A stretch of 64,000 bases of DNA from a virus (taxonomy: Duplodnaviria > Caudoviricetes), in the IMG/VR virus record IMGVR_UViG_3300034102_001739, positions 741 through 64,740 of that record; one strand, 5' to 3'. Positions within the stretch are counted from its first letter, which is position 1; every line of letters begins with the position of its first letter. Below, piece after piece: positions 1-9,477 of this stretch. A model generated the notes under the pieces. That model was not told the origin of the DNA and did no database searches. It saw only the letters and a program-made list of their open reading frames with translations. The position numbers were made by a program, and so were the translations under genes.

Positions 1-312
1 TGTATTTTTATTTACTGCCTCCGAAAAACTCCCCATAGAATCCTTTACGTCTTTAGCCGACCTATCTATGGAGGGTAAACTTCTTCTAAACAATTCCACT
101 GACTCCCGCAATTTTATTAGGAACCTAGTGTTATTTACAACCGCATTAAATACTCTCAAAACTCCTAGAGTTCCAATTAAAAACAGTACTATAAACGCTC
201 TTAGGTAAAAGAAAATCTCTCTTTCTCCTCCCTCAATCAGAGGTTTAAAAACCCAGTATAGTGGGAATAGCCCTACTAATACGATTATCGCTATAAAATA
301 CTTAGTACCCAT
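1..312 (-). CDS. membrane protein, runs off the window (partial)
   Basis: ATG at 312, frame open to the edge: MGTKYFIAIIVLVGLFPLYW...LRAFIVLFLIGTLGVL, two hydrophobic helices then a coiled-coil-like stretch; not in the ORF track. Confidence 0.65.
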   Translation of the reverse strand, partial: MGTKYFIAIIVLVGLFPLYWVFKPLIEGGEREIFFYLRAFIVLFLIGTLGVLRVFNAVVNNTRFLIKLRESVELFRRSLPSIDRSAKDVKDSMGSFSEAVNKNT

Positions 313-626
313 AATTCTATACCTCGATTTAGTTTTCTTGAAATTACTCTCTTAAAGTCCTCCACATAGTGGGACATCTCAAATCGTTTATCTTTTACAG
401 TGTCCTTAAAAATCTCCAATAATTTTTCCGGAGATTTTTTGGTGTCGTTAAAGAAAGCCTTTGCTCCAGTCTCGCACTCGTAGATACTTTTATCTCCGAC
501 TACAAACTTAACTCCTTGGTAAACGAAAGAACTCTTGTAAGGAATTTCCACTTCCCTAATTTCTTCATCGTATCCAATTAGTATGCTTTTTATAGTGCCT
601 TTTTCTTTTACTAATGTTATATCCAT
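291..626 (-). CDS. hypothetical protein
   Basis: 111 aa ORF packed in the minus-strand operon. Confidence 0.7.
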   Translation of the reverse strand: MDITLVKEKGTIKSILIGYDEEIREVEIPYKSSFVYQGVKFVVGDKSIYECETGAKAFFNDTKKSPEKLLEIFKDTVKDKRFEMSHYVEDFKRVISRKLNRGIELWVLSIL

Positions 627-1003
627 AAGAAAGTGTTTAAAGGTAATACTTCTCGGTTTCTTTTATTTAGATTGGTTTGTGTCTGTACTAATTTATTACC
701 AATGACTGTAGCCAAATGTAGTCTCTTAGCTTCTAACAATCCTACCGCTTTTATGTACGCCTCCTCCACGGTCTCGTAACAATAATCTAGGATACTATTA
801 CCTGTGGAACTCTCGCTTACCATAAAATAGTCCGGATATGTTATGTCTTGATGAATAATAAATCTTCTTTTGTAAGCGTCAAAATATCCTACTATGAATA
901 CATCCTCCGTTTTTAGGTTGGTTAACATGACTGTGCCCATTCCCTCTGCGTAAACTAGCTCTGAGAAGTCGCTAATAATCGGTTTTTCGTTCAGGTTCTT
1001 CAT
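617..1003 (-). CDS. hypothetical protein
   Basis: 128 aa ORF overlapping both neighbours. Confidence 0.7.
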   Translation of the reverse strand: MKNLNEKPIISDFSELVYAEGMGTVMLTNLKTEDVFIVGYFDAYKRRFIIHQDITYPDYFMVSESSTGNSILDYCYETVEEAYIKAVGLLEAKRLHLATVIGNKLVQTQTNLNKRNREVLPLNTFLWI

Positions 1004-3272
1004 GCTCTGTTGGTAATGTTATTGAATGACAAACATTTTCTAAATCATTTTGGAACATAAGGACAGTTCCAGCTTTTACACGTCTTCCCTTAGCTACTTC
1101 CATCCCAACTAAATCGTGGAATTTCATATCCGGGTCTTGGAACATTCTCATTGCTATGTCCGAATCTTGTACATAGGAATTTGAGTACGCAAAATCATCT
1201 TGACTATCTGCTGCCGTTTTAGAACCTCCTTTACCTGCCCCTCTTTTTAACTGGGTGGTATTTATGATAGGAACTTTAAACGCCTTTGCTACCCGTTTTA
1301 AATTTCTAGTCACGTACACAATCTTTTCCCATCCCTCTGCCATTTTTGGTTCCATCAAATAAGAACCGTCTATAAAAACTACTGACGGCTTGTACATACC
1401 TATGTGGGTAGTGAGGTCTTCTATTGTTTGACAGCTTTCAAGTATTCTAATTTTGGACCTGTTTTCCTTTAAGGAATCTAGCCCTTTATAATAGCGTAAC
1501 TTTTCTCGCTCGGTTAATTTTCCAGACAAAAATCTCTCGTATGGTAGTTTGAAAGTTAAACAGTCTATACGTTCTTTGATTTCCTCCTCTCCCATTTCGT
1601 TTGAAATAAAGAGTATCTCTCCGAAAGTATCTCCCATTAACTCCCTCTCCTTTAGTACTTTATCCAAAAGAAACGCCAAATAAACTAGGTACCACGTGTT
1701 ATGGGTAACTGTAAAATCCGCGAGACAGAATAAGTGGTCTCCGTCTATAGTGAACCCATAGTAAGTATCTACGACATCCTTTTCTACGGTAACACCTGTA
1801 TGGTTAGCGTTTTTTATTTGTTTTCTCTCTGAAGCTTTCTTTCTAGGTATCCTAGTAGGTATTTCGTCCGTGTTGCCATATATATTAGCCTTATAATACA
1901 GTACTCCATTTACCAGTTTAATACTAGTAGAAACGGCTAACCCTAGAGTACGACATAGTAACACTAAATTCTCGTGTAACTCTTTCAATTTGAAAGTAAC
2001 CTCGAAAGAGTTCTGCCCCAAGTATCCATCAGAGTCTATTAACCCTGCTAAAAGCTGAAGTCTATTCTCTCTGGAGGTTTTTATGTACTCCATAGGGATA
2101 TGTTTTCTACCTGTATGTTTTTTATACCTACCCTTTATAAGTTTTAGAGAATCCATAATTTCACGTAGTCTCCCACAACCTTTCATCCTATAGATTATAG
2201 GTGAACTAGGGCAATTTTCAAAACTACCTCCAAAGCTCTCCGCATATTTAGCGCAGTAATCCAATATCTCAGAATCTATGTTAGTGATACATAATTCTCT
2301 TGAGTGCCCATCGCCTAACCATATACCTAGGAAATAGGGGTCTATCTCTAAGGTACTATCCGGAAACTCCATCCCAAAAGATTTGTACCCCTTTGCTGCC
2401 TTTTTAAAACTTTTTGGCCTCGTTAGGTACTCTCTTACAGAGAGGTTTTCCGTACTCCAAGTAGTCTCACAACTTTGGTACACCCTCTTACCATTTATAG
2501 TAGCCCTATGCGCCTTTGTCTTAGGGACTCTTAATGATAGAATATGGCTTTCGTTGACTCTATAATCCTCCCCCCTTACTTGTCTCACCCAGTACATTTG
2601 TTCTGTACCCGTAGCCACGTTAAGGACGTTTCTTACGTTACCATCTGGACCCATTAGTCTATCCCCTACCACTACATCCTCTACGTTTTTAGTGGTTAAG
2701 TCGTACATGAGTACTTTAGTTCCTTTACCTAGACATTTGCCCTGCCCTGCACGACCTCCTATTGTTATTAGGTCTTGTTTACGATAGCCGTAGAAAGTAG
2801 AGTCCATTACTTCTGAACCCATACTTAGATATGTAACCCCACGGGATTTCATTCTATCCTCGTACTCCGATTTTCTTAGATCTATATCATCCGAATAAAG
2901 TACATCTTTACTCTCTACGGAATCTACCATTAACTCCGAAACTACTTCCTGCAGTTCTGATAGTTTACCTCTTGGGTCTTTTTCTATCCCACGTACTAAC
3001 TTTGGGATTTTATCCGACAATGTGGCGAATATAAATCGCTCTTTTACTTTGTTTAAGTAATACGTAGGTCTAGCATCGACACTCTCTGGTAATTTGAATT
3101 TTTCGCAAAAAGTTTTTACTCCTACAAGTTCACCATAGTCCTTATAGTAATCATGTACGAAATTATGCTGTAATAACTCTTCTCCATCGAGCCATTTTCT
3201 CTGTATCTTGGAGAAATTCTTTCCATCCTTTTTAGACAGACACGCTACGAATAATTGTTCTGCTACTGTCAT
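972..3272 (-). CDS. dnaB: DnaB-like replicative helicase containing an intein
   Basis: Walker A GGRAGQGK|T split by the intein; ISNEM, VFIDGSY, PIINTTQL, QDSD and KGR motifs of SF4 helicases. Confidence 0.92.
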   Translation of the reverse strand: MTVAEQLFVACLSKKDGKNFSKIQRKWLDGEELLQHNFVHDYYKDYGELVGVKTFCEKFKLPESVDARPTYYLNKVKERFIFATLSDKIPKLVRGIEKDPRGKLSELQEVVSELMVDSVESKDVLYSDDIDLRKSEYEDRMKSRGVTYLSMGSEVMDSTFYGYRKQDLITIGGRAGQGKCLGKGTKVLMYDLTTKNVEDVVVGDRLMGPDGNVRNVLNVATGTEQMYWVRQVRGEDYRVNESHILSLRVPKTKAHRATINGKRVYQSCETTWSTENLSVREYLTRPKSFKKAAKGYKSFGMEFPDSTLEIDPYFLGIWLGDGHSRELCITNIDSEILDYCAKYAESFGGSFENCPSSPIIYRMKGCGRLREIMDSLKLIKGRYKKHTGRKHIPMEYIKTSRENRLQLLAGLIDSDGYLGQNSFEVTFKLKELHENLVLLCRTLGLAVSTSIKLVNGVLYYKANIYGNTDEIPTRIPRKKASERKQIKNANHTGVTVEKDVVDTYYGFTIDGDHLFCLADFTVTHNTWYLVYLAFLLDKVLKERELMGDTFGEILFISNEMGEEEIKERIDCLTFKLPYERFLSGKLTEREKLRYYKGLDSLKENRSKIRILESCQTIEDLTTHIGMYKPSVVFIDGSYLMEPKMAEGWEKIVYVTRNLKRVAKAFKVPIINTTQLKRGAGKGGSKTAADSQDDFAYSNSYVQDSDIAMRMFQDPDMKFHDLVGMEVAKGRRVKAGTVLMFQNDLENVCHSITLPTEHEEPERKTDY
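1698..2735 (-). mobile_element. intein with LAGLIDADG homing endonuclease (346 aa)
   Basis: Starts CLGKGTKVLMYD, block B VNESHILSL, endonuclease motifs FLGIWLGDG and LLAGLIDSDG, ends VTHN followed by Thr (+1). Confidence 0.95.
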
Positions 3273-3889
3273 TAGGTAAATCTTAATTTATTTTCACTAA
3301 GGATTTTTCTCCTATAATCGTCTCCCTTTACAAGTACTGGAATTACCCCCTCTCTAAGTAGTGAAGCTACGTCTTCAGAGAATACATCTTTTACGAATTT
3401 TGGGTCCGTGTTTGAAGCGAACCAAATGGGTTTACACATCTGCACTCTATACCTAATTACGGATTCCATAACTCTCTTTACTAAGTCTGGTAGGTATTTT
3501 GGTTTCCCATTTTCGTCCACATTTTTACCGAACTCGTCTATGCCCAAAAAGTCTATAGTTCGGAGGATTCTATCTAGTTCTACTTTTTCCTCCTCTGAAT
3601 ACCATGAAGATGTAAACTTATCCACTATTTCGTCCATAGTGTACACTCTTACCCGGTATTTTTCTGAGATTAATTGGATGAAAGCCGTATTCATTAAGTG
3701 GGATTTTCCTGTACCGTTTGCTCCCCATAGATACAAACCTACTCCTCTATCTAAAGCCTCCTTAGATTTACCTAGATACTCGTTTACAGATTTTAATGCC
3801 TGTTTATCATTTCGATACTCTGCTAGAGTTTTCTTGTGCCACGATTTTTTTATGCCACAAGAAATGTAGTAATCCTCTGTTTTGCCCAT
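3272..3889 (-). CDS. DnaC/IstB-like AAA+ helicase loader
   Basis: GLYLWGANGTGKS Walker A, FLGIDEFG Walker B, FASN, C-terminal GDDYRR; directly upstream of DnaB. Confidence 0.85.
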   Translation of the reverse strand: MGKTEDYYISCGIKKSWHKKTLAEYRNDKQALKSVNEYLGKSKEALDRGVGLYLWGANGTGKSHLMNTAFIQLISEKYRVRVYTMDEIVDKFTSSWYSEEEKVELDRILRTIDFLGIDEFGKNVDENGKPKYLPDLVKRVMESVIRYRVQMCKPIWFASNTDPKFVKDVFSEDVASLLREGVIPVLVKGDDYRRKILSENKLRFT

Positions 3890-3891
3890 AA

Positions 3892-4659
3892 TTAAAAATC
3901 CTCCGACTCTGTTAGTTCTTCCCTCATGTACTCTTTACTTCCATCGGGTCTTGTTAGTTTAGCCAAAACTTCATCCTTTACGAATGCTACATTTACTAAC
4001 GTAGGAAGCCCATTTCTGTAATCATGGTAGTTTAAGACAGCCTCCACCATAATAGAAAATAACGTAGTTCTATCAAAAGCCTTTAACATATTGTTAGTTT
4101 GGTAATACTCTACTTTATTTCTAATGATATACTGCTCCCCTCCTGTGTATAACTCGTACAGTATTCCGTGTAACTCCGTAAATTTTTGTGGTTGCCAATT
4201 TTCTACTCCGTCATCCAATAAATCTTGAAACTCTTTGTGTAGATATTTAGCTCTTGATTTGGCCAATGTGGATTTGTGTTTACCATACTCCTTTATTTGA
4301 GTCATTACTTTTTCCACCGCTTTATCCACTAAAGGGCTTTCTAGCTCGAACGGAAAAAACTTTCTGCCTCTTAGTTCACCTACATAAACGGTATCCGAGT
4401 CCTCGAAACCGAAGAGGATTAACCCCTCCGATTCCAATTCTTCTAAAGCCTCGTCAAATAGATTATTTTTTGGACTACTACTAAAATCTCCCCACAAGTC
4501 TTTTAGGTGGGATACATCTTTACTATACTTTACATACCTAGAACCGTCTTCCATTTCCTCTGCCACGGTATCTGACAACAATGTACAATACAATAAATAC
4601 TTTAGCTGTACTAACCCCAATATGGGCATTTCCTTTCTTAACCTATTTAAGATATTCAT
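3892..4659 (-). CDS. hypothetical protein, possible replication initiator
   Basis: 255 aa; sits just upstream of loader and helicase; winged-helix-like LFDEALEELESEGLI. Function inferred from position only. Confidence 0.45.
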   Translation of the reverse strand: MNILNRLRKEMPILGLVQLKYLLYCTLLSDTVAEEMEDGSRYVKYSKDVSHLKDLWGDFSSSPKNNLFDEALEELESEGLILFGFEDSDTVYVGELRGRKFFPFELESPLVDKAVEKVMTQIKEYGKHKSTLAKSRAKYLHKEFQDLLDDGVENWQPQKFTELHGILYELYTGGEQYIIRNKVEYYQTNNMLKAFDRTTLFSIMVEAVLNYHDYRNGLPTLVNVAFVKDEVLAKLTRPDGSKEYMREELTESEDF

Positions 4660-4661
4660 AA

Positions 4662-4922
4662 TTACTCTGTGATTTCTTTAACTTGAATTTCCAACTCTCC
4701 GGTAACTAAATCATCGGCTATCTCTAAAGCCGTTTGTACAGCTCCTTTGTATAAATGTGGATTTTCCAATGGTAGAGAAACACCAACGGTTATTTTCGCA
4801 CTCTCGTAATTCCCCAAATTTTTAGTTAGGGATTTCTCGTAGTAAATATAACCTTTCTCTGCTAAATCCTTTGGAGCTAATTCCTCTGGACTATCCGACT
4901 TCTTCGTCTTTACTGGTGGCAT
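4662..4922 (-). CDS. hypothetical protein
   Basis: 86 aa; TKNLGNYESAKITVG motif; starts MPPVK. Confidence 0.7.
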   Translation of the reverse strand: MPPVKTKKSDSPEELAPKDLAEKGYIYYEKSLTKNLGNYESAKITVGVSLPLENPHLYKGAVQTALEIADDLVTGELEIQVKEITE

Positions 4923-5211
4923 GATCTACTTCTTTTTTAAATAGTTTATTAATCTCTACAATCAAGTTGTCTGAGGGTCTCCTTGCTCCATCGAATTTAT
5001 TTACTATGGGAACTAACCCCTTAGCCAACCTTATTGGGTAATATCTTACCCCATTGGATACTAGTGGTGCTGAGGGAAAGATACCTTTCTTTTCGTAACT
5101 TAATATAGAGTCCTTTGATTTACCTACTATTAAGGCAAGACCTGCTATTGTTACAGCCTCTATTAGTTTACCATTTACGGTAAGTCTAAAGATATGTTTT
5201 GCCCTCCTCAT
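4891..5211 (-). CDS. MerR-like HTH DNA-binding protein
   Basis: TIAGLALIVGKSKDSILSYEKKGIFP...GVRYY fits the MerR-type winged HTH pattern. Confidence 0.7.
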   Translation of the reverse strand: MRRAKHIFRLTVNGKLIEAVTIAGLALIVGKSKDSILSYEKKGIFPSAPLVSNGVRYYPIRLAKGLVPIVNKFDGARRPSDNLIVEINKLFKKEVDHATSKDEEVG

Positions 5212-5213
5212 AG

Positions 5214-5639
5214 TTAGTCAATTTTTACAGAAAACACTTTGGACACTTTCTCCTCGAAAAGTTCTTCAACAACTTCTATCGGAATTTTTCCGGCTTCGTA
5301 CATTGACTCGAAAACGTCCTCTCTGAATACGAGAACACTTTCCAGACATTCCTTCAACCCGTGTTTTTGAAGAATCTCCTCGTAGGTTGGAACCATTGTC
5401 TTTGACACTCGATTGCTGTGTAGAATGTTCACCTGTTTACCTGCGTGGGTAACAGAAACCATTTCCCCTTTTTCCCAAGGCTTACCATTGGTTTTTAGGT
5501 ACTCTTCCAAAGACTTCCTAGTGTTCTCCAAACCTTTCTTCAGTTCTTTCTCGGAGTCTTTTAATTTTAGGTAGCTGATACCCAATAACGCTATCTCTTC
5601 TTGAGATAACTCACCCTTATTTTTCTTTACTGGTGGCAT
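5214..5639 (-). CDS. hypothetical protein
   Basis: 141 aa, N-terminal coiled coil; starts MPPVK. Confidence 0.7.
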   Translation of the reverse strand: MPPVKKNKGELSQEEIALLGISYLKLKDSEKELKKGLENTRKSLEEYLKTNGKPWEKGEMVSVTHAGKQVNILHSNRVSKTMVPTYEEILQKHGLKECLESVLVFREDVFESMYEAGKIPIEVVEELFEEKVSKVFSVKID

Positions 5640-5651
5640 AAATTTTAGGTT

Positions 5652-5685
5652 AAAAATGGGAGTCCTTTATTTAAGAACCCCCATT
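5652..5685 (-). terminator. probable intrinsic terminator
   Basis: Imperfect hairpin aatgggagtcctt/aagaacccccatt followed by a T-run on the minus strand, downstream of 5711..6619. Confidence 0.55.
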
Positions 5686-5710
5686 CTAGTTATTTACTTA
5701 TTTCCTGTGA

Positions 5711-6619
5711 TTAGCCCAAGAACTTAATCTTAGTGTTGTTGTCATCCAACTCGTAGGAAGTTTCGTCTGTGTAAAGAACGGTAACTTCATCACCATCTAC
5801 GGACTCTACTACACCTGTGAACCACTCTTCTTCTTCCTCCCAATAAACAGATACTTTGTCTCCCTCTTCAAGGTCTTCTTTGGCTACGACTTTACCCGCT
5901 TTTTTAGTGGATTTTGCTGTCTCCTTTTTGGCTTCTCCCTTTGAGGGTTTGGCTGCCTTTTTGGTTTTTCCCTCCAAAAGATTTACGATATTTTCAGCTA
6001 CCGCTTTTACATCCGCACTGGCATCATCATCGAAACCATCCAAAATGTCTCCAAGTTTATCCGCATCGAAACCGTCTTCTCCCATCGCCGTAACTTTCGC
6101 TATGAATTTTTTACGTGCCAACTCACCTGCTTCGTACGCTTCCAATAGTTCTACCACGTCAGAAACTTTTGAACTTTCTTTTGGTGACTCTTGTTCGTCG
6201 TCATCGTCGTCATCGTCCTCTTCAGAACTTCCTGCTGATGTTGGTGCGTTCAAGATTAGTAGGCGGAGTTTTTTGTTGGTGTTTTTACCCTCAGTGTCAT
6301 CGGGGTCGATTCCCAAGCCTTTTAGGATTTTGGTTAACTCCTTAACGTCTTTTTCCATCAGCTCCTCTTCTGTGTAGGTAGCTACTTTTTTGGTAGGCTC
6401 TTCCTTAGCTGTCTTCTTAGACGTTTTTTCTTCTGAGGTTGAAACTGATTCCTCTTTTGCTACTGTCGATTTTTTGAGGGGCTCGTCGTTGGTTGTAAAA
6501 CTTCCTAGAGACATTACGGGCAAAAAGATTTTCCCATTGTGTTGAATAGCTTCAACTTCTACGTTTGCTGCAAACTGTGCTACGATACTAGCCACTGGCT
6601 TAATTTTTCCTTCAGTCAT
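5711..6619 (-). CDS. acidic/lysine-rich multidomain protein with a Rho-N/HeH-like motif and a C-terminal Tudor-like domain
   Basis: YTEEELMEKDVKELTKILKGLGI helix-extension-helix; poly-D/E tract; C-terminal LEEGDKVSVYWEEEEEWFTGVVESVDGDEVTVLYTD. Confidence 0.65.
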   Translation of the reverse strand: MTEGKIKPVASIVAQFAANVEVEAIQHNGKIFLPVMSLGSFTTNDEPLKKSTVAKEESVSTSEEKTSKKTAKEEPTKKVATYTEEELMEKDVKELTKILKGLGIDPDDTEGKNTNKKLRLLILNAPTSAGSSEEDDDDDDDEQESPKESSKVSDVVELLEAYEAGELARKKFIAKVTAMGEDGFDADKLGDILDGFDDDASADVKAVAENIVNLLEGKTKKAAKPSKGEAKKETAKSTKKAGKVVAKEDLEEGDKVSVYWEEEEEWFTGVVESVDGDEVTVLYTDETSYELDDNNTKIKFLG

Positions 6620-6669
6620 ACGATTTTAATTTAAAAGTGATTATTTGTTTGTGTTAATTTGAATGAGGT

Positions 6670-6725
6670 TTAAATATAATAAAAGTTTTTGAAACTTCCA
6701 AATAGTTCATTTAGAGCTACTTACA
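6670..6725 (-). promoter_or_regulatory. conserved 56-bp promoter cassette, copy 1
   Basis: Minus strand TTTG-N20-TATATTTA; nearly identical to 52381..52436. Confidence 0.75.
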
Positions 6726-6954
6726 AAGTCTCGTTAACTGTTACAATAGCATGGTCTGGCCCATACTCTGTGAATAGACTTGTACCCACAGTAATTGGGT
6801 ACGCCTCAAAGGTCTGTCCATCCGGAATTGTCTCCTCTATACGTCTCATTACTGTCTCGTAGTTAGCCGTAATTTTAAAAACATACCCTACTGGCTTAGT
6901 TAGTAGCTCTACGTATTGAGCCTCTGCCGTATTTTTATCGAAATATAGTCTCAT
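6721..6954 (-). CDS. hypothetical protein
   Basis: 77 aa ORF with ATGA overlap. Confidence 0.65.
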   Translation of the reverse strand: MRLYFDKNTAEAQYVELLTKPVGYVFKITANYETVMRRIEETIPDGQTFEAYPITVGTSLFTEYGPDHAIVTVNETL

Positions 6955-7520
6955 ACGTAATTTATAAAGTTAAACGCTTTTCTGTGTATAATGTAACCCG
7001 GATTCCTAGAACAGTTTACAGCCTCTTGCTCGAAACAAGTTTTCTCTCTGTACTTCTGTAAGGGTAGTACTCTGCGATTTTTAATTACGTCCTCAGTAAT
7101 AACTCTTGCCATATCCAATAAATACAAATAGCTAGGTATAAATGGAAGCATCACGAGGTACGAAAAACTCTGATAGTAAATACATCCCATTAATAAAGGA
7201 ATACCAAATAGTAGTATTGTCTCCAACTGTTGCTTAGCATGTATTCTCTCGTGGTTAAGTACATCGATAGCTTTACCGATATTTATATCCCTCCTTACGA
7301 AAAAGAAAGGATACATAGCCCATGCCTGATACCATAACACTGGAACTACTATTGGAAAACCATTCATCAACCCACCGATAATAAAGTTCCATAGAGACGA
7401 CAATTTGGCTGCCCATTTATGGTCGTATTCTATCCCCTTGTTATCTACATAGATTTCCCCCAAATTTTTGGTACCTCCTTTTCTGAGTAGGTATCTCCTT
7501 GTTCTCCTATTTTCGCTCAT
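6951..7520 (-). CDS. membrane-associated HExxH protein
   Basis: LNHERIHAKQQLE plus distal FEQEA; hydrophobic segments. Confidence 0.55.
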   Translation of the reverse strand: MSENRRTRRYLLRKGGTKNLGEIYVDNKGIEYDHKWAAKLSSLWNFIIGGLMNGFPIVVPVLWYQAWAMYPFFFVRRDINIGKAIDVLNHERIHAKQQLETILLFGIPLLMGCIYYQSFSYLVMLPFIPSYLYLLDMARVITEDVIKNRRVLPLQKYREKTCFEQEAVNCSRNPGYIIHRKAFNFINYV

Positions 7521-7719
7521 TCTCTTTTGGATCTACTAATTTATTTGTTCCGTCTATTATCTCTAAATCCTCATAATGCCCGAAAACTAAAAACGAGGCA
7601 AAGATGCTAATGAAAATTAGTAATAGATACCACGCTCCATGTAGGTGAGCCATTATAAATGGTGTAGCCCATACTACTGTAAAAAGAATTACTTTTGAGA
7701 TTTCTCTGATTGCTTTCAT
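7507..7719 (-). CDS. small two-TM membrane protein
   Basis: 70 aa with two hydrophobic helices. Confidence 0.65.
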   Translation of the reverse strand: MKAIREISKVILFTVVWATPFIMAHLHGAWYLLLIFISIFASFLVFGHYEDLEIIDGTNKLVDPKENERK

Positions 7720-9266
7720 GTGTTACTTGTTTTTAATAATTGTACTGCTTCTTTTATGGTTAACTCCTTTTTAAAGTCTCCGTTTATTTTTACAAAGGTT
7801 CTAGTCTTGGTATAAACGGAATACATTATCGGATTTGTATCTCTAAATATAAACGCCATTGGTTGTTTCTTACCCTCTTTAAGACGAGAAATTCTTCCCA
7901 ACGCTTGTTCTGTGTCTTTCATAGGTAAGTGGATGAACATAGTGTCCAACCTATCAATGTCTAACCCCTCCTTGGCTAACTGTACTACTCCTAAGACTAA
8001 TCTACACTCTTCTTGGATATACCTTTCTTCTTCCTCTGACCTCTTACCGTTTTCTGCTATTATTACCGCTGGCCTCCATTCCGCAAAATACTTACCCAAT
8101 TTTTTTAAAGTATCCTTACGCTTGGACAACACTATGACCGTTCTTCCCGATTCTAGTGCCTTAGTAATAGCTGACATTAAAATTTTTAATCGTTTGGGGT
8201 GGTTATTAAGGAACGAATCCATAGTAGTGTAGGGAGTGTTCATCAATCTCCTGTGGAGTGTTCTGAATCTTCTAAGAGTAGTAACATTTATTTGTTTCTC
8301 CTCATAGCTATCCTCTATGTCTTTTATGAACCCTTTATTAAAATTTAGATACCCACCGATTTTTTCGTGTGGGATTTCTCTAAGAGACAAAAACTCCAAA
8401 AAGTCTTTACCTGCTTCCTCTATCGGTAATAGATAAGTAAATTCTATACCTGTCTTAATGGTGTACACAAAGGGTTTAGGGAATTTGTTTTCCATTTCTA
8501 GTAATTTACCAAAATGGAATCCTAAGATTTTATCCGCTTTATCTGCTCTCCTAAATGTTGCAGACAATGCTGTTCTACGTTTGGCTGGTAATAGATCTAT
8601 AATCGGTAGGTAAGTTTCTGCTCCCACTCTATGTGCTTCATCAAGTACTGTATGACCTATATTTTTAAGTAAACCCTGTGGAAGTTCCCTCGCCAAAAAA
8701 AGTTCCATTACGATAATAGTGAAGTCCCTATCTAACGGAATTTGTTTATCAGTAGATTGGCAAATAAAAACGGTAGCATTTGTAGTGGCTTTGATAGCCT
8801 TAGCCCATTGGTTAGCCAAATAATATGTTGGGACTAAGACTAAGGTTTGCCTACCGATTCTATGAGATAGATAAATAGCCATGATAGTTTTACCATGACC
8901 ACAAGGGACGTTAAAGATTAGCCCTGTCTCCTCTTCTATAACGATTTTGTTTTTCTCGAAAAATTCGCTTTGGTATTCTCTAGGGATTATTGTAGTGGTA
9001 AAAGATATTTTCCTACCTAGAGTAGTTTTATCTGTGTAGTCTTTGGTATCGAAGTAGTACCTTGGTACTTTATAAACACCTTTTACTGGAGCTTCTAAGA
9101 AACAGATATTTTGTGGTTCTTTTGAGAAGAATCTTTTTTTGCCGAAAGTTTTAGCTGCATTAAATTTCGGATTAGGTATTGACAAGTCTTTTGTCAACTT
9201 ATCGACAGACGAACCCAATAGTATTATTTCTTCTTCCGTAACTTTTAAACAACTTGCTAACTCCAT
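7716..9266 (-). CDS. superfamily II (DExH) helicase
   Basis: PREYQ Q-motif, PCGHGKT, LDEAH, SAT, EGLDI, EQALGRISR. Confidence 0.9.
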   Translation of the reverse strand: MELASCLKVTEEEIILLGSSVDKLTKDLSIPNPKFNAAKTFGKKRFFSKEPQNICFLEAPVKGVYKVPRYYFDTKDYTDKTTLGRKISFTTTIIPREYQSEFFEKNKIVIEEETGLIFNVPCGHGKTIMAIYLSHRIGRQTLVLVPTYYLANQWAKAIKATTNATVFICQSTDKQIPLDRDFTIIVMELFLARELPQGLLKNIGHTVLDEAHRVGAETYLPIIDLLPAKRRTALSATFRRADKADKILGFHFGKLLEMENKFPKPFVYTIKTGIEFTYLLPIEEAGKDFLEFLSLREIPHEKIGGYLNFNKGFIKDIEDSYEEKQINVTTLRRFRTLHRRLMNTPYTTMDSFLNNHPKRLKILMSAITKALESGRTVIVLSKRKDTLKKLGKYFAEWRPAVIIAENGKRSEEEERYIQEECRLVLGVVQLAKEGLDIDRLDTMFIHLPMKDTEQALGRISRLKEGKKQPMAFIFRDTNPIMYSVYTKTRTFVKINGDFKKELTIKEAVQLLKTSNT

Positions 9267-9416
9267 ATCCTTGGCTGTGTCCGGACAATAAAACTTTTAT
9301 ATTTAAACTAATCTCTTATTATTAATATAATATATATAAGTATTATTGTCCGAGGGTTTCTTTTACCTAATCTATTTTCGCTAGTGAAATTCTAGTTTAC
9401 TATTACGAAATAGACA

Positions 9417-9452
9417 CATAGATACGAAAAAATTTTTACACTTCCAAATAGT
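9417..9452 (-). promoter_or_regulatory. promoter related to the 56-bp cassette
   Basis: Shares AACTATTTGGAAGT core; TTTG-N20-TATCTATG upstream of the helicase operon. Confidence 0.6.
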
Positions 9453-9477
9453 TTATAACTCTATGGTTTATAGGGTA

